Of a stretch of 64,000 nt of DNA, positions 52,801-64,000 are shown in pieces. Below the pieces are notes generated by a model that was not told where the DNA came from, did no database searches, and saw only the letters and a program-made list of their open reading frames with translations. The stretch lies in the NCBI RefSeq assembly GCF_053078305.1, contig NZ_CP166879.1; one strand, given 5' to 3'. The position numbers and the translations under genes are program-made. Each line of letters starts with the position of its first letter. Positions within the stretch are counted from its first letter, which is position 1.

Positions 52801-53972
52801 ACTGCAGGCTGCGCATATTGTGACTGCTGTGGGTAACCTTCCGGTGCAGGAGCAATAACCGGCTCTCCCGTTTGTGGACCCGGTACAGGCTGCCAGGCTA
52901 CTGTAGGTTGCGCAGGTGGAACATCAACAGAGGCAACAGGTGGCGTCTGAGTCACAGGTTCAACCGGTGCAGCCCAGCTTTGCGTCGCCGTGGTAGCAGC
53001 AGCTGCTACAGCGACAGGTTCGGTAATTGGCGCACCGTTTAATAATGGATCGTATTCGTCATATTCTGGCTGCGTTGCACGATTGCCCGAAAATAGGACG
53101 TCGTCCGGGTCGGCAGCCACACCGCGTGCAGTGTAGGTAATCTCTTCGTCATCATCCATCCGCTTACCGGAGAACAACGCAGCGTCTGTTTGCCGCCCCA
53201 TCGGATTAATGAATTTTTCCGCCAACCGTTTACGACGCGCTAGCGCGCCGCGAAGAATACGGGCACGGCGTGATTCATGCTGTTTGCCGTGATTTTCATC
53301 TTCATACTCTTCGTCGTCTTCATACTCATCTTCATCGACCCAGGTATCATCGCGACGGGTACGATTACTGGCGAAGGTGAGAATGTTTAAAATCCAGCCG
53401 CCGAGTTTTTCAGCAATGGTCACCCATGACCAACCGGTGAACAACGTCAGGCCCGCTGCCCAAACGCAGAGCAGCGCAATAGTTCCCCCGCTACTGTGTA
53501 GCAGTGGTTGTAGCGTAGTGCTTAGTAAGCTGCCAATGACGCCACCGGAGGCAAAATACCAGATATCGTCAGCGTTGATTGCCGCCAGACCACAGGAGGT
53601 AAGGATGAGCGCCAAAACGCCAATGATGCGTAGCGAAACGGCAAAATAATCAATGTATTCGTCGCTGGACTGATGACGCCAGGCAAACCAACAACCGCCG
53701 ACAATAATGACGGGAATGGTGTAAGCCATCACGCCAAAAATAAAGAACAGCGTATCTGCCAACCACGCACCGGGCATCCCACCTAAATTATGGATAGGTT
53801 CATGCCAGGCCGTTTGCGACCAGCTGGGGTCCGAAGGGTTAAAGCTTAGTAAGGCAGCCATCAACCAGACGGCAAACAGGACAATAAGGATCAGCAACGC
53901 CTCCAGAAGGCGGCGACCGCTACTTAACTTTGTCAATGTGACTTCTTTGTCTTCAGTGTATTCCTGGCTCAA
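49866..53972 (-). CDS. ftsK: DNA translocase FtsK
   Basis: 1368 aa; N-terminal TM domain, long Pro/Gln-rich linker, C-terminal motor with Walker A GTTGSGKS. Confidence 0.95.
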   Translation of the reverse strand: MSQEYTEDKEVTLTKLSSGRRLLEALLILIVLFAVWLMAALLSFNPSDPSWSQTAWHEPIHNLGGMPGAWLADTLFFIFGVMAYTIPVIIVGGCWFAWRHQSSDEYIDYFAVSLRIIGVLALILTSCGLAAINADDIWYFASGGVIGSLLSTTLQPLLHSSGGTIALLCVWAAGLTLFTGWSWVTIAEKLGGWILNILTFASNRTRRDDTWVDEDEYEDDEEYEDENHGKQHESRRARILRGALARRKRLAEKFINPMGRQTDAALFSGKRMDDDEEITYTARGVAADPDDVLFSGNRATQPEYDEYDPLLNGAPITEPVAVAAAATTATQSWAAPVEPVTQTPPVASVDVPPAQPTVAWQPVPGPQTGEPVIAPAPEGYPQQSQYAQPAVQYNEPLQQPVQPQQPYYAPAAEQPAQQPYYAPAAEQPVQQPYYATAPEQPAQQPYYAPAPEQPVAGNAWQAEEQQSTFAPQSTYQTEQTYQQPAAQEPLYQQPQPVEQQPVVEPEPVVEETKPARPPLYYFEEVEEKRAREREQLAAWYQPIPEPVKEPEPIKSSLKAPSVAAIPPVEAAAAVSPLASGVKKATLATGAAATVAAPVFSLANSGGPRPQVKEGIGPQLPRPKRIRVPTRRELASYGIKLPSQRAAEEKAREAQRNQYDSGDQYNDDEIDAMQQDELARQFAQTQQQRYGEQYQHDVPVNAEDADAAAEAELARQFAQTQQQRYSGEQPAGANPFSLDDFEFSPMKALLDDGPHEPLFTPIVEPVQQPQQPVAPQQQYQQPQQPVAPQQQYQQPQQPVAPQQQYQQPQQPVAPQPQYQRPQQPVAPQPQYQQPQQSAAPQQQYQQPQQPVAPQPQDTLLHPLLMRNGDSRPLHKPTTPLPSLDLLTPPPSEVEPVDTFALEQMARLVEARLADFRIKADVVNYSPGPVITRFELNLAPGVKAARISNLSRDLARSLSTVAVRVVEVIPGKPYVGLELPNKKRQTVYLREVLDNAKFRDNPSPLTVVLGKDIAGEPVVADLAKMPHLLVAGTTGSGKSVGVNAMILSMLYKAQPEDVRFIMIDPKMLELSVYEGIPHLLTEVVTDMKDAANALRWCVNEMERRYKLMSALGVRNLAGYNEKIAEADRMMRPIPDPYWKPGDSMDAQHPVLKKEPYIVVLVDEFADLMMTVGKKVEELIARLAQKARAAGIHLVLATQRPSVDVITGLIKANIPTRIAFTVSSKIDSRTILDQAGAESLLGMGDMLYSGPNSTLPVRVHGAFVRDQEVHAVVQDWKARGRPQYVDGITSDSESEGGAGGFDGAEELDPLFDQAVQFVTEKRKASISGVQRQFRIGYNRAARIIEQMEAQGIVSEQGHNGNREVLAPPPFD
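51405..51685. repeat. In-frame 39-bp tandem repeats within ftsK linker (encode PQQPVAPQ(Q/P)QYQQ units)
   Basis: About 7-8 consecutive near-identical 39-nt units visible in sequence. Confidence 0.8.
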
Positions 53973-54106
53973 GAAAGGCTCTCCAGGTTACAGGCTTTTC
54001 CTGCCCGATGCTAAAACGGACAACAGTACCAGGTTACCCCAGTACTGTTGCTGTATGGATTAACAGGAGTGTAATCAAAATACGCCGATTTTGCACCTGT
54101 TCCGTG

Positions 54107-54601
54107 TTAGCGCGTCTTAATAACCAGACGATTACTCTGCTTGACTTCTTCCATAACAACGTATGTCCGTGTGTCATTGACGCCAGGCAGACGCAGCAGG
54201 GTTTCCCCCAGCAACTTACGGTAAGCTGACATATCCGGCACGCGTGTTTTCAACAGGTAGTCGAAATCACCGGATACTAAATGACACTCCTGAATTTCTT
54301 CAAGTTTTTGTACAGCGGTATTGAATTGTTCAAACACATCCGGTGCGCCACGATTCAGAGTAATCTCAACGAATACCAGAAGTGATGCATCCAGATAATG
54401 GGGGTTCAGCAGCGCCGTATAGCCCTGAATAAACCCTTGTCTTTCCAGCCGACGCACACGCTCAAGGCACGGCGTTGGGGAAAGTCCCACACGTTTAGAA
54501 AGCTCGACGTTAGAAATACGCCCATCCTTTTGCAACTCATTAAGAATGTTACGATCGATACGGTCGAGATCTTTGCCAGGGCGCTTCTTGCTATCTACCA
54601 T
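54107..54601 (-). CDS. lrp: Leucine-responsive regulatory protein
   Basis: 164 aa from MVDSKKRPGKDLDRIDRNILNELQKDGRISNVELSKRVGLSPTPCLERVRRLE; track ORF starts 18 codons upstream. Confidence 0.95.
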   Translation of the reverse strand: MVDSKKRPGKDLDRIDRNILNELQKDGRISNVELSKRVGLSPTPCLERVRRLERQGFIQGYTALLNPHYLDASLLVFVEITLNRGAPDVFEQFNTAVQKLEEIQECHLVSGDFDYLLKTRVPDMSAYRKLLGETLLRLPGVNDTRTYVVMEEVKQSNRLVIKTR

Positions 54602-55028
54602 TATTATTGTCTCTCTGTATTCCTTCCCTACTCCTGTCTGACCCTGAAACATCACTGTTCAGAGTCGCTACCCGTCACGATAGACCGAAATCATGAAGAT
54701 TCACGGCGCGCAATGCCTGGGTCTACGGTGAGAAGACCGTTGCCTTGTGGCAGCTATCGACATCACGAATGGCGTCTGTCCACGCCATACGTAGATTTCA
54801 CTAGCACGGTAAACATGGTATTTACATGCATGGTTATGCGCATATAAGAATACTGTTTTTTTTCTTCCTCGAATGTTTTCGCAAAACACCAGGGGATTGT
54901 CAAAGCAAAACATCGATTTTTAGTACAACATGCCAGATATTCATTAACAGGGGCGTTTATTCATCATTTAATCGGCTTATAAAGCGGGAAATTTAAGTAG
55001 CAGAGGTGATAATGACGGGAGAATTTGA

Positions 55029-56111
<1,083 letters not shown>

Positions 56112-56137
56112 TTTTACAAATCAGTAACAAAAGTAAA

Positions 56138-56177
56138 GAAGGCGACACCATGCGACTATGGGTCGCCTTTATTTTTT
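56138..56177 (+). terminator. Rho-independent terminator after trxB
   Basis: Hairpin ggcgacaccatgcgactatgggtcgcc then TTTATTTTTT. Confidence 0.55.
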
Positions 56178-56233
56178 CCCCGTTGTAACATTGCTCTGCA
56201 AATAATTCTGATAACTCACCTGCTAAGCGTGCA

Positions 56234-58000
56234 ATGAATAAATCTCGTCAAAAAGAGTTAACCCGCTGGTTAAAACAGCAAAGCGTCATCTCCCAACGTT
56301 GGCTGAATATTTCTCGTCTGCTGGGCTTTGTGAGCGGCATATTGATCATTGCCCAGGCATGGTTCATGGCGCGAATTCTGCAACATATGATTATGGAGAA
56401 TATTCCCCGTGAAGCCCTGCTGCTTCCCTTTACGTTACTGGTTCTGACCTTTGTACTGCGCGCATGGGTGGTCTGGTTACGCGAACGGGTGGGTTATCAC
56501 GCCGGGCAGCATATCCGCTTTGCCATCCGCCGTCAGGTTCTCGACCGTCTGCAACAAGCAGGGCCAGCGTGGATTCAGGGTAAACCTGCGGGGAGCTGGG
56601 CGACGCTGGTACTCGAGCAAATTGACGATATGCATGATTACTATGCACGCTACCTGCCGCAAATGGCGCTGGCAGTGTCGGTGCCGTTGCTGATTGTGGT
56701 GGCGATCTTCCCCTCTAACTGGGCTGCGGCGCTCATTCTGCTGGGCACAGCACCGCTAATTCCGTTGTTTATGGCGCTGGTTGGAATGGGGGCTGCCGAT
56801 GCTAACCGACGTAACTTTCTCGCTCTTGCTCGCTTAAGTGGGCATTTCCTCGATCGCCTGCGCGGCATGGAAACACTGCGTATTTTTGGTCGTGGTGAAG
56901 CTGAAATTGAAAGTATTCGTTCTGCTTCGGAAGATTTCCGCCAACGGACAATGGAAGTGCTACGACTGGCGTTTTTATCCTCCGGCATTCTCGAATTTTT
57001 TACCTCGCTGTCAATTGCTCTGGTGGCAGTCTACTTTGGTTTTTCCTATCTCGGCGAGCTGGATTTTGGTCACTACGATACTGGCGTGACGCTGGCTGCG
57101 GGTTTTCTGGCCCTGATCCTTGCGCCAGAGTTTTTCCAGCCATTACGCGATCTCGGTACGTTTTATCATGCTAAAGCCCAGGCTGTTGGTGCAGCTGACA
57201 GTCTGAAAACGTTTATGGAAACCCCGCTCGCCCATCCGCAGCGCGGTGAGACGGAATTAGCATCAACCGATCCGCTGACCATTGAGGCCGAGGATCTGTT
57301 TATCACGTCGCCGGAAGGTAAAACGCTGGCCGGACCGCTGAACTTTACTTTGCCAGCAGGCCAACGTGCAGTGTTGGTTGGTCGCAGCGGTTCAGGTAAA
57401 AGCTCACTGCTGAACGCGCTTTCTGGTTTTCTCTCATATCAGGGATCATTACGAATCAACGGGATAGAATTACGCGATTTATCACCAGAATCATGGCGTA
57501 AACATCTCTCCTGGGTTGGGCAAAACCCACAATTACCGGCAGCAACATTACGGGATAACGTACTACTGGCGCGACCTGATGCCAGCGAACAAGAATTACA
57601 AGCAGCGCTGGATAACGCCTGGGTCAGCGAGTTTCTACCGCTCCTGCCACAAGGCGTTGATACGCCTGTTGGCGACCAGGCTGCCCGCCTTTCCGTGGGG
57701 CAGGCGCAGCGCGTGGCGGTGGCCCGTGCGTTACTAAATCCCTGTTCGCTATTACTGTTGGATGAACCCGCTGCCAGCCTTGATGCTCACAGTGAACAGC
57801 GCGTAATGGAGGCGCTGAATGCCGCCTCTCTGCGCCAGACAACGTTAATGGTCACCCACCAGTTAGAAGATCTTGCTGACTGGGATGTCATTTGGGTTAT
57901 GCAGGATGGCCGGATTATTGAGCAAGGACGTTACGCGGAATTAAGTGTGGCTGGTGGCCCATTCGCCACATTACTGGCCCATCGTCAGGAGGAGATTTAA
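56234..58000 (+). CDS. cydD: Cysteine/glutathione ABC exporter subunit CydD
   Basis: 588 aa; TMD plus NBD with Walker A GRSGSGKSS and signature LSVGQAQR. Confidence 0.92.
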   Translation: MNKSRQKELTRWLKQQSVISQRWLNISRLLGFVSGILIIAQAWFMARILQHMIMENIPREALLLPFTLLVLTFVLRAWVVWLRERVGYHAGQHIRFAIRRQVLDRLQQAGPAWIQGKPAGSWATLVLEQIDDMHDYYARYLPQMALAVSVPLLIVVAIFPSNWAAALILLGTAPLIPLFMALVGMGAADANRRNFLALARLSGHFLDRLRGMETLRIFGRGEAEIESIRSASEDFRQRTMEVLRLAFLSSGILEFFTSLSIALVAVYFGFSYLGELDFGHYDTGVTLAAGFLALILAPEFFQPLRDLGTFYHAKAQAVGAADSLKTFMETPLAHPQRGETELASTDPLTIEAEDLFITSPEGKTLAGPLNFTLPAGQRAVLVGRSGSGKSSLLNALSGFLSYQGSLRINGIELRDLSPESWRKHLSWVGQNPQLPAATLRDNVLLARPDASEQELQAALDNAWVSEFLPLLPQGVDTPVGDQAARLSVGQAQRVAVARALLNPCSLLLLDEPAASLDAHSEQRVMEALNAASLRQTTLMVTHQLEDLADWDVIWVMQDGRIIEQGRYAELSVAGGPFATLLAHRQEEI

Positions 58001-59722
58001 ATGCGCGCTTTGCTACCCTATCTGGCACTGTATAAACGTCATAAATGGATGTTAAGTCTTGGTATTGTGCTGGCAATTGTGACGCTGCTCGCCAGTATCG
58101 GTCTGTTGACACTTTCCGGCTGGTTCCTCTCGGCCTCAGCGGTTGCGGGGGTTGCCGGACTGTACAGCTTCAACTATATGCTACCCGCTGCGGGCGTGCG
58201 TGGTGCAGCAATCACCCGTACTGCCGGGCGTTATTTTGAACGTCTGGTAAGTCACGACGCGACTTTCCGCGTGTTGCAGCATCTGCGCATTTACACCTTC
58301 AGCAAATTGTTGCCCCTCTCCCCTGCCGGACTGGCGCGCTATCGTCAGGGCGAATTGCTCAACCGCGTGGTGGCGGATGTTGATACGCTCGATCATCTTT
58401 ACCTGCGCGTTATCTCGCCGCTGGTGGGCGCTTTTGTGGTGATTATGGTGGTGACAATCGGGTTAAGTTTCCTTGATTTCACCCTCGCCTTTACGCTGGG
58501 CGGCATTATGTTACTGACGCTTTTCCTGATGCCACCGCTGTTTTATCGTGCGGGAAAAAGCACCGGGCAAAATCTGACTCATCTTCGCGGACAGTATCGC
58601 CAACAACTGACGGCCTGGCTGCAAGGGCAAGCTGAACTGACCATTTTTGGTGCCAGCGATCGTTATCGCACGCAACTAGAGAATACAGAAATTCAATGGC
58701 TGGAAGCGCAACGCCGTCAATCTGAACTGACCGCATTGTCGCAAGCGATAATGCTGCTCATTGGCGCATTAGCGGTGATCCTGATGCTGTGGATGGCGTC
58801 TGGCGGCGTTGGCGGCAATGCTCAACCCGGCGCGTTAATTGCCCTGTTTGTCTTCTGCGCGTTAGCCGCGTTTGAAGCACTGGCACCAGTAACGGGTGCA
58901 TTTCAGCATCTGGGGCAAGTCATTGCCTCTGCCGTTCGGATCACTGATTTAACGGATCAAAAACCGGAGGTCACCTTCCCTGATACCCAAACTCGTGTTG
59001 CCGATCGCGTTTCGCTGACATTACGGGATGTTCAGTTCACTTATCCGGAGCAATCCCAACAGGCACTTAAAGGGATTTCTCTTCAGGTAAACGCCGGGGA
59101 ACATATAGCGATTCTCGGGCGAACCGGATGCGGCAAATCAACACTGTTACAACTGCTGACCCGCGCATGGGACCCGCAACAGGGCGAGATTTTGCTTAAC
59201 GATAGCCCCATAGCCAGCCTGAATGAAGCGGCTCTACGACAGACCATCAGCGTTGTTCCTCAGCGAGTGCATCTGTTTAGCGCCACGCTGCGTGATAATC
59301 TGTTACTCGCCTCGCCTGGCAGTAGTGATGAGGCTCTGTCGGAGATCTTGCGTCGCGTTGGTCTGGAGAAGCTGCTCGAGGATGCAGGTCTCAACAGTTG
59401 GTTAGGTGAAGGCGGACGCCAGCTCTCCGGTGGTGAACTGCGCCGTCTGGCTATCGCCCGTGCGCTGTTACATGATGCGCCACTGGTGTTGCTGGATGAA
59501 CCTACCGAAGGCTTAGATGCCACAACCGAAAGTCAGATCCTTGAATTGCTTGCAGAAATGATGCGTGAGAAAACGGTGTTAATGGTCACCCATCGACTTC
59601 GCGGACTCTCTCGTTTCCAACAAATAATAGTGATGGACAACGGGCAAATTATTGAGCAAGGTACTCACGCAGAACTGCTTGCCAGACAGGGGCGTTATTA
59701 CCAGTTCAAGCAGGGTTTGTAA
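58001..59722 (+). CDS. cydC: Cysteine/glutathione ABC exporter subunit CydC
   Basis: 573 aa; Walker A GRTGCGKST, signature LSGGELRR; abuts cydD stop. Confidence 0.92.
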   Translation: MRALLPYLALYKRHKWMLSLGIVLAIVTLLASIGLLTLSGWFLSASAVAGVAGLYSFNYMLPAAGVRGAAITRTAGRYFERLVSHDATFRVLQHLRIYTFSKLLPLSPAGLARYRQGELLNRVVADVDTLDHLYLRVISPLVGAFVVIMVVTIGLSFLDFTLAFTLGGIMLLTLFLMPPLFYRAGKSTGQNLTHLRGQYRQQLTAWLQGQAELTIFGASDRYRTQLENTEIQWLEAQRRQSELTALSQAIMLLIGALAVILMLWMASGGVGGNAQPGALIALFVFCALAAFEALAPVTGAFQHLGQVIASAVRITDLTDQKPEVTFPDTQTRVADRVSLTLRDVQFTYPEQSQQALKGISLQVNAGEHIAILGRTGCGKSTLLQLLTRAWDPQQGEILLNDSPIASLNEAALRQTISVVPQRVHLFSATLRDNLLLASPGSSDEALSEILRRVGLEKLLEDAGLNSWLGEGGRQLSGGELRRLAIARALLHDAPLVLLDEPTEGLDATTESQILELLAEMMREKTVLMVTHRLRGLSRFQQIIVMDNGQIIEQGTHAELLARQGRYYQFKQGL

Positions 59723-59763
59723 GCTATTATTGAACGATCCGACTTGCGTGGAGTTTTGCGGTC

Positions 59764-60468
59764 ATGCGCCTGGTTCAGCTTTCTCGCCATTCAATAGCCT
59801 TCCCTTCCCCGGAAGGCGCATTACGTGAGCCTAACGGCCTGCTGGCACTTGGGGGCGATCTTAGCCCTGCGCGCCTGTTAATGGCTTACCAGCGTGGTAT
59901 TTTTCCGTGGTTTTCTCCAGGCGACCCCATCCTCTGGTGGTCGCCCGATCCCCGCGCGGTGCTATGGCCAGAATCACTGCATATCAGCCGTAGTATGAAG
60001 CGATTTCATAAACGCTCGCCCTATCGTGTCACGATGAATTACGCTTTTGGTCAGGTGATTGAAGGCTGTGCCAGCGATCGCGAAGAAGGAACCTGGATCA
60101 CGCGTGGCGTGGTCGAAGCCTACCATCGCCTTCACGAACTCGGTCATGCCCACTCCATTGAAGTCTGGCGTGAAGATGAGCTTGTCGGCGGTATGTACGG
60201 CGTGGCCCAGGGAACGCTATTTTGTGGCGAGTCCATGTTCAGCCGGATGGAAAATGCGTCTAAAACGGCGCTTCTGGTATTCTGTGAGGAATTTATCGGT
60301 CATGGCGGTAAGCTTATCGACTGCCAGGTCCTTAACGATCACACAGCATCGCTTGGTGCCTGCGAAATTCCCCGCCGGGATTACCTTAATTATCTCAATC
60401 AAATGCGCCTCGGACGATTGCCGAATAATTTCTGGGTACCACGATGCTTGTTTTCACCACAAGAATGA
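59764..60468 (+). CDS. aat: Leucyl/phenylalanyl-tRNA--protein transferase
   Basis: 234 aa [50 protein letters not shown]. Confidence 0.92.
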
Positions 60469-60749
60469 ATGTTTTCGGCACATTTCTCCCCAGAGTGTTA
60501 TAATTGCGGTCGCAGAGTTGGTTACGCTCATTACCCCGCTGCCGATAAGGAATTTTTCGCGTCAGGTAACGCCCATCGTTTATCTCACCGCTCCCTTATA
60601 CGTTGCGCTTTTGGTGCGGCTTAGCCGTGTGTTTTCGGAGTAATGTGCCGAACCTGTTTGTTGCGATTTAGCGCGCAAATCTTTACTTATTTACAGAACT
60701 TCGGCATTATCTTGCCGGTTCAAATTACGGTAGTGATACCCCAGAGGAT

Positions 60750-60971
<222 letters not shown>

Positions 60972-61224
60972 TTGTTTTACCGCCTGATGGGCGAAGAGAA
61001 AGAACGAGTAAAAGGTCGGTTTAACCGGCCTTTTTATTTTGTGATATGTATGAAGTACTTTGGAAGTATAAGTCCGTAACTTGTCTCGATGTAGATATAC
61101 TGCACAACTTGTTTACAGTATGAGCAAACAATAATTATCATTAAAATTCTTCTTGACCGTTTTACTCCAACTCCCTATAGTAGCGCCCCGTTGCCACCCA
61201 TGAGGTTTGGCAGCAAAACAATTT

Positions 61225-61312
61225 GGTGAGGTGTCCGAGTGGCTGAAGGAGCACGCCTGGAAAGTGTGTATACGGCAACGTATCGGGGGTTCGAATCCCC
61301 CCCTCACCGCCA
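61225..61312 (+). tRNA. serW: tRNA-Ser (anticodon GGA), long-variable-arm class II tRNA
   Basis: GGTGAGGTGTCCGAGTGGCTGAAGGAGCACGCCTGGAAAGTGTG...GGTTCGAATCCCCCCCTCACCGCCA; acceptor stem complementarity, T-loop GGTTCGAATCC, CCA end. Confidence 0.93.
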
Positions 61313-61317
61313 TATTT

Positions 61318-61351
61318 AAAGAAGAGCTCGTACGAAAGTGCGAGCTTTTTT
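61318..61351 (+). terminator. Rho-independent terminator after tRNA-Ser
   Basis: Hairpin aagagctcgtacgaaagtgcgagctt followed by TTTTTTT. Confidence 0.6.
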
Positions 61352-61655
61352 TTCGCATTTTATCTGTCTGTACGGCAGTGAACATGGTGGGCGGGTGGAG
61401 TATGTTACCTGTGAATTTCTAAGCTGCCTGTACGGCAGTGAACACAAATACTACACGTTTAGCCCGTTGTTAATAAAGCAAAACCATCTCATTTTCCTGC
61501 TACCACCCTTTTTTTATCCTTACCTTACCGCAGCACTAATTATCAACAACTTACCATCATCATCAAAAAAAGGGTCTGAACCTCCTCCCCCATAAATAAA
61601 AAGTCCGTAACCTCTTTCGAGATTACGGACTTCACCAACCTACTTAACAATCAGA

Positions 61656-63932
61656 TTAATGCGCTGCTTCCGCCTTGTGCTTTTGTGCACTCTGGAATCC
61701 GTAAGTCAGCTCATTTTTCTCTTTATCCAGCGCGACGGTGACCTGACCGCCGTCCACCAGCGAACCAAACAGCAGTTCGTTGGCAAGCGGTTTTTTCAGG
61801 TTGTCCTGGATGACACGCGCCATCGGACGTGCGCCCATTGCCCGGTCGTAACCTTTCTCGGCCAGCCAGTTACGCGCTTCCTGGCTCACTTCCAGCGAAA
61901 CACCTTTCTGATCCAGCTGAACCTGCAACTCGACGATGAATTTATCCACCACCTGATGGATCACGTCAGTTGACAGATGATCGAACCAGATAATGTTGTC
62001 GAGACGGTTACGGAATTCCGGTGTAAAGATCTTCTTGATCTCTTCCATCGCATCGGTGCTGTTATCCTGGTGGATAAGACCAATGGATTTACGCTCAGTT
62101 TCCCGTACCCCGGCGTTGGTGGTCATCACCAGCACCACGTTACGGAAGTCCGCTTTGCGTCCGTTGTTATCGGTCAGCGTACCGTTGTCCATCACCTGCA
62201 ACAGAATATTGAACACGTCCGGGTGCGCTTTCTCGATTTCGTCCAGCAGCAGCACCGCATGTGGATGCTTGATGACCGCATCAGTCAGCAAACCGCCCTG
62301 ATCAAAACCAACGTATCCCGGAGGCGCACCAATAAGACGGCTGACGGTATGGCGTTCCATATACTCGGACATATCAAAGCGCAGAAGCTCAATGCCCAAA
62401 GCTTTCGAAAGCTGTACCGTCACCTCTGTTTTCCCGACCCCGGTAGGGCCGGCAAACAGGAACGAACCAACCGGTTTATGTTCGTGACCTAAACCTGCAC
62501 GCGCCATCTTAATGGCTTCAGTCAGCGCCTCAATAGCTTTATCCTGACCGAAGACCAGCATTTTCAGGCGATCGCCGAGGTTTTTCAGGGTATCGCGGTC
62601 ACTCTGAGAAACACTCTTCTCTGGAATGCGTGCAATACGGGCCACCACGGACTCAATATCCGCCACATTTACGGTTTTCTTGCGTTTGCTTACCGGCATC
62701 AGGCGTGCGCGAGCGCCCGCTTCGTCGATAACATCAATCGCTTTATCCGGCAGATGACGATCGTTAATGTATTTCACCGCCAGCTCTACCGCCGCACGCA
62801 CCGCTTTTGCGGTATAACGCACGTCGTGGTGCGCTTCATACTTCGGTTTCAGGCCATTGATGATTTGAACAGTTTCTTCGATCGACGGTTCAGTAATATC
62901 AATTTTCTGGAAGCGACGCGCCAGAGCACGGTCTTTCTCGAAAATGTTGCTGAACTCCTGATAGGTTGTCGAACCAATTACGCGAATTTTACCGCTGGAG
63001 AGCAACGGTTTGATTAGGTTAGCCGCATCGACCTGACCACCAGACGCTGCACCCGCACCGATAATGGTGTGGATCTCATCAATAAACAGGATGCTGTTAG
63101 TGTCCTGCTCCAGCTGCTTGAGCAACGCTTTAAAACGTTTTTCAAAGTCGCCGCGATATTTTGTGCCCGCTAACAGAGAACCGATATCGAGAGAGTAAAT
63201 CGTACAGTCAGCCATCACTTCCGGCACATCGCCCTGAACAATTCGCCAGGCAAGACCTTCTGCAATCGCGGTTTTACCGACACCAGATTCCCCCACCAGC
63301 AGCGGGTTGTTTTTACGGCGACGGCAGAGAACCTGAATAGCACGCTCCAGCTCCTTCTCACGACCAATCAGTGGGTCGATTCCGCCCACGCGCGCAAGCT
63401 GATTCAGGTTCGTCGTGAAATTCTCCATACGTTCCTCCCCACCAGCTTGTTCTTCGCTGTTTGGCTGGCTGCCAGGATCAGAAGACTGTGTCGGCTCGTC
63501 TTTACGCGTGCCATGAGAGATAAAGTTCACCACATCGAGACGGCTGACTTCATGTTTACGCAACAGATATGCCGCCTGCGACTCCTGTTCGCTAAAGATA
63601 GCGACCAGAACGTTTGCACCGGTAACCTCATTGCGACCGGAGGACTGGACATGGAAGACCGCACGTTGCAGTACACGCTGAAAACTCAGCGTCGGCTGTG
63701 TGTCGCGCTCCTCTTCACTGGCAGGCAGAACGGGTGTGGTTTGTTCAATAAAGGCTTCCAGTTCCTGACGGAGCGCAACCAAATCCACAGAACACGCTTC
63801 CAGCGCCTCCCGGGCAGATGGGTTACTGAGCAGCGCCAGTAACAAGTGCTCGACGGTCATAAACTCATGACGGTGCTCGCGCGCTCTGGCGAAAGCCATA
63901 TTTAAACTGAGTTCCAGTTCTTGATTGAGCAT
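61656..63932 (-). CDS. clpA: ATP-dependent Clp protease ATP-binding subunit ClpA
   Basis: 758 aa from [35 protein letters not shown]; two AAA+ modules (GESGVGKTA and GPTGVGKTE Walker A); track ORF starts 5 codons upstream. Confidence 0.95.
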   Translation of the reverse strand: MLNQELELSLNMAFARAREHRHEFMTVEHLLLALLSNPSAREALEACSVDLVALRQELEAFIEQTTPVLPASEEERDTQPTLSFQRVLQRAVFHVQSSGRNEVTGANVLVAIFSEQESQAAYLLRKHEVSRLDVVNFISHGTRKDEPTQSSDPGSQPNSEEQAGGEERMENFTTNLNQLARVGGIDPLIGREKELERAIQVLCRRRKNNPLLVGESGVGKTAIAEGLAWRIVQGDVPEVMADCTIYSLDIGSLLAGTKYRGDFEKRFKALLKQLEQDTNSILFIDEIHTIIGAGAASGGQVDAANLIKPLLSSGKIRVIGSTTYQEFSNIFEKDRALARRFQKIDITEPSIEETVQIINGLKPKYEAHHDVRYTAKAVRAAVELAVKYINDRHLPDKAIDVIDEAGARARLMPVSKRKKTVNVADIESVVARIARIPEKSVSQSDRDTLKNLGDRLKMLVFGQDKAIEALTEAIKMARAGLGHEHKPVGSFLFAGPTGVGKTEVTVQLSKALGIELLRFDMSEYMERHTVSRLIGAPPGYVGFDQGGLLTDAVIKHPHAVLLLDEIEKAHPDVFNILLQVMDNGTLTDNNGRKADFRNVVLVMTTNAGVRETERKSIGLIHQDNSTDAMEEIKKIFTPEFRNRLDNIIWFDHLSTDVIHQVVDKFIVELQVQLDQKGVSLEVSQEARNWLAEKGYDRAMGARPMARVIQDNLKKPLANELLFGSLVDGGQVTVALDKEKNELTYGFQSAQKHKAEAAH

Positions 63933-64000
63933 AGGCACCTCCCCCAATTTTTATGCCTGCATTCAGGCTTTTTCTAGCGTACACAGCAATGGATGCTCAT

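Noticed and set aside
51245-52858. Multiple ORFs in other frames across the ftsK linker, and the idea that its repeats could be a CRISPR or minisatellite element
   Set aside because: The repeats are in-frame coding repeats of the FtsK linker; there are no unique spacers of regular length, and the alternative-frame ORFs are repeat artefacts.

Overview
This window is an Escherichia coli-type chromosomal segment (reverse-complement orientation relative to K-12 numbering) with a ~33 kb P2-family-related prophage inserted between dmsA and serS. The host backbone runs ycaO(3' end)-focA-pflB-pflA-ycaM-ycaD-ycaC-dmsCBA, then the prophage, then serS-rarA-lolA-ftsK-lrp-trxB-cydDC-aat-infA-tRNA-Ser(GGA)-clpA. 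The prophage (about 13.0-46.3 kb) has a P2-like integrase, C-type repressor, Cox-like protein, HUH replication protein (gpA-like), Ogr-type zinc-finger activator, and a P2-like head module (Q, P, O, N, M, L homologues). Its tail region is mosaic: a holin / DNA methyltransferase / endolysin / overlapping spanin cassette sits inside the tail operon, followed by a tail-chaperone pair with a canonical -1 frameshift site, tape measure, and a W-J-I-H-G-type baseplate and fibre module. All identifications are from reading the sequence and recalled protein families; no database search was run. The most interesting unexplained parts are: (1) an AT-rich two-gene moron in the early region, (2) three coupled small genes between the replication gene and ogr, at the position of the P2 tin/old defence hotspot, (3) an orphan beta-class DNA methyltransferase wedged between holin and endolysin, (4) a ~0.7 kb non-coding iteron array at the prophage right arm, and (5) two tandem diverged copies of a ~360 bp module encoding a 46-aa hydrophobic Hok/Gef-like peptide. 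The prophage att core could not be located by eye, so its boundaries are approximate. No CRISPR array or rRNA was seen.
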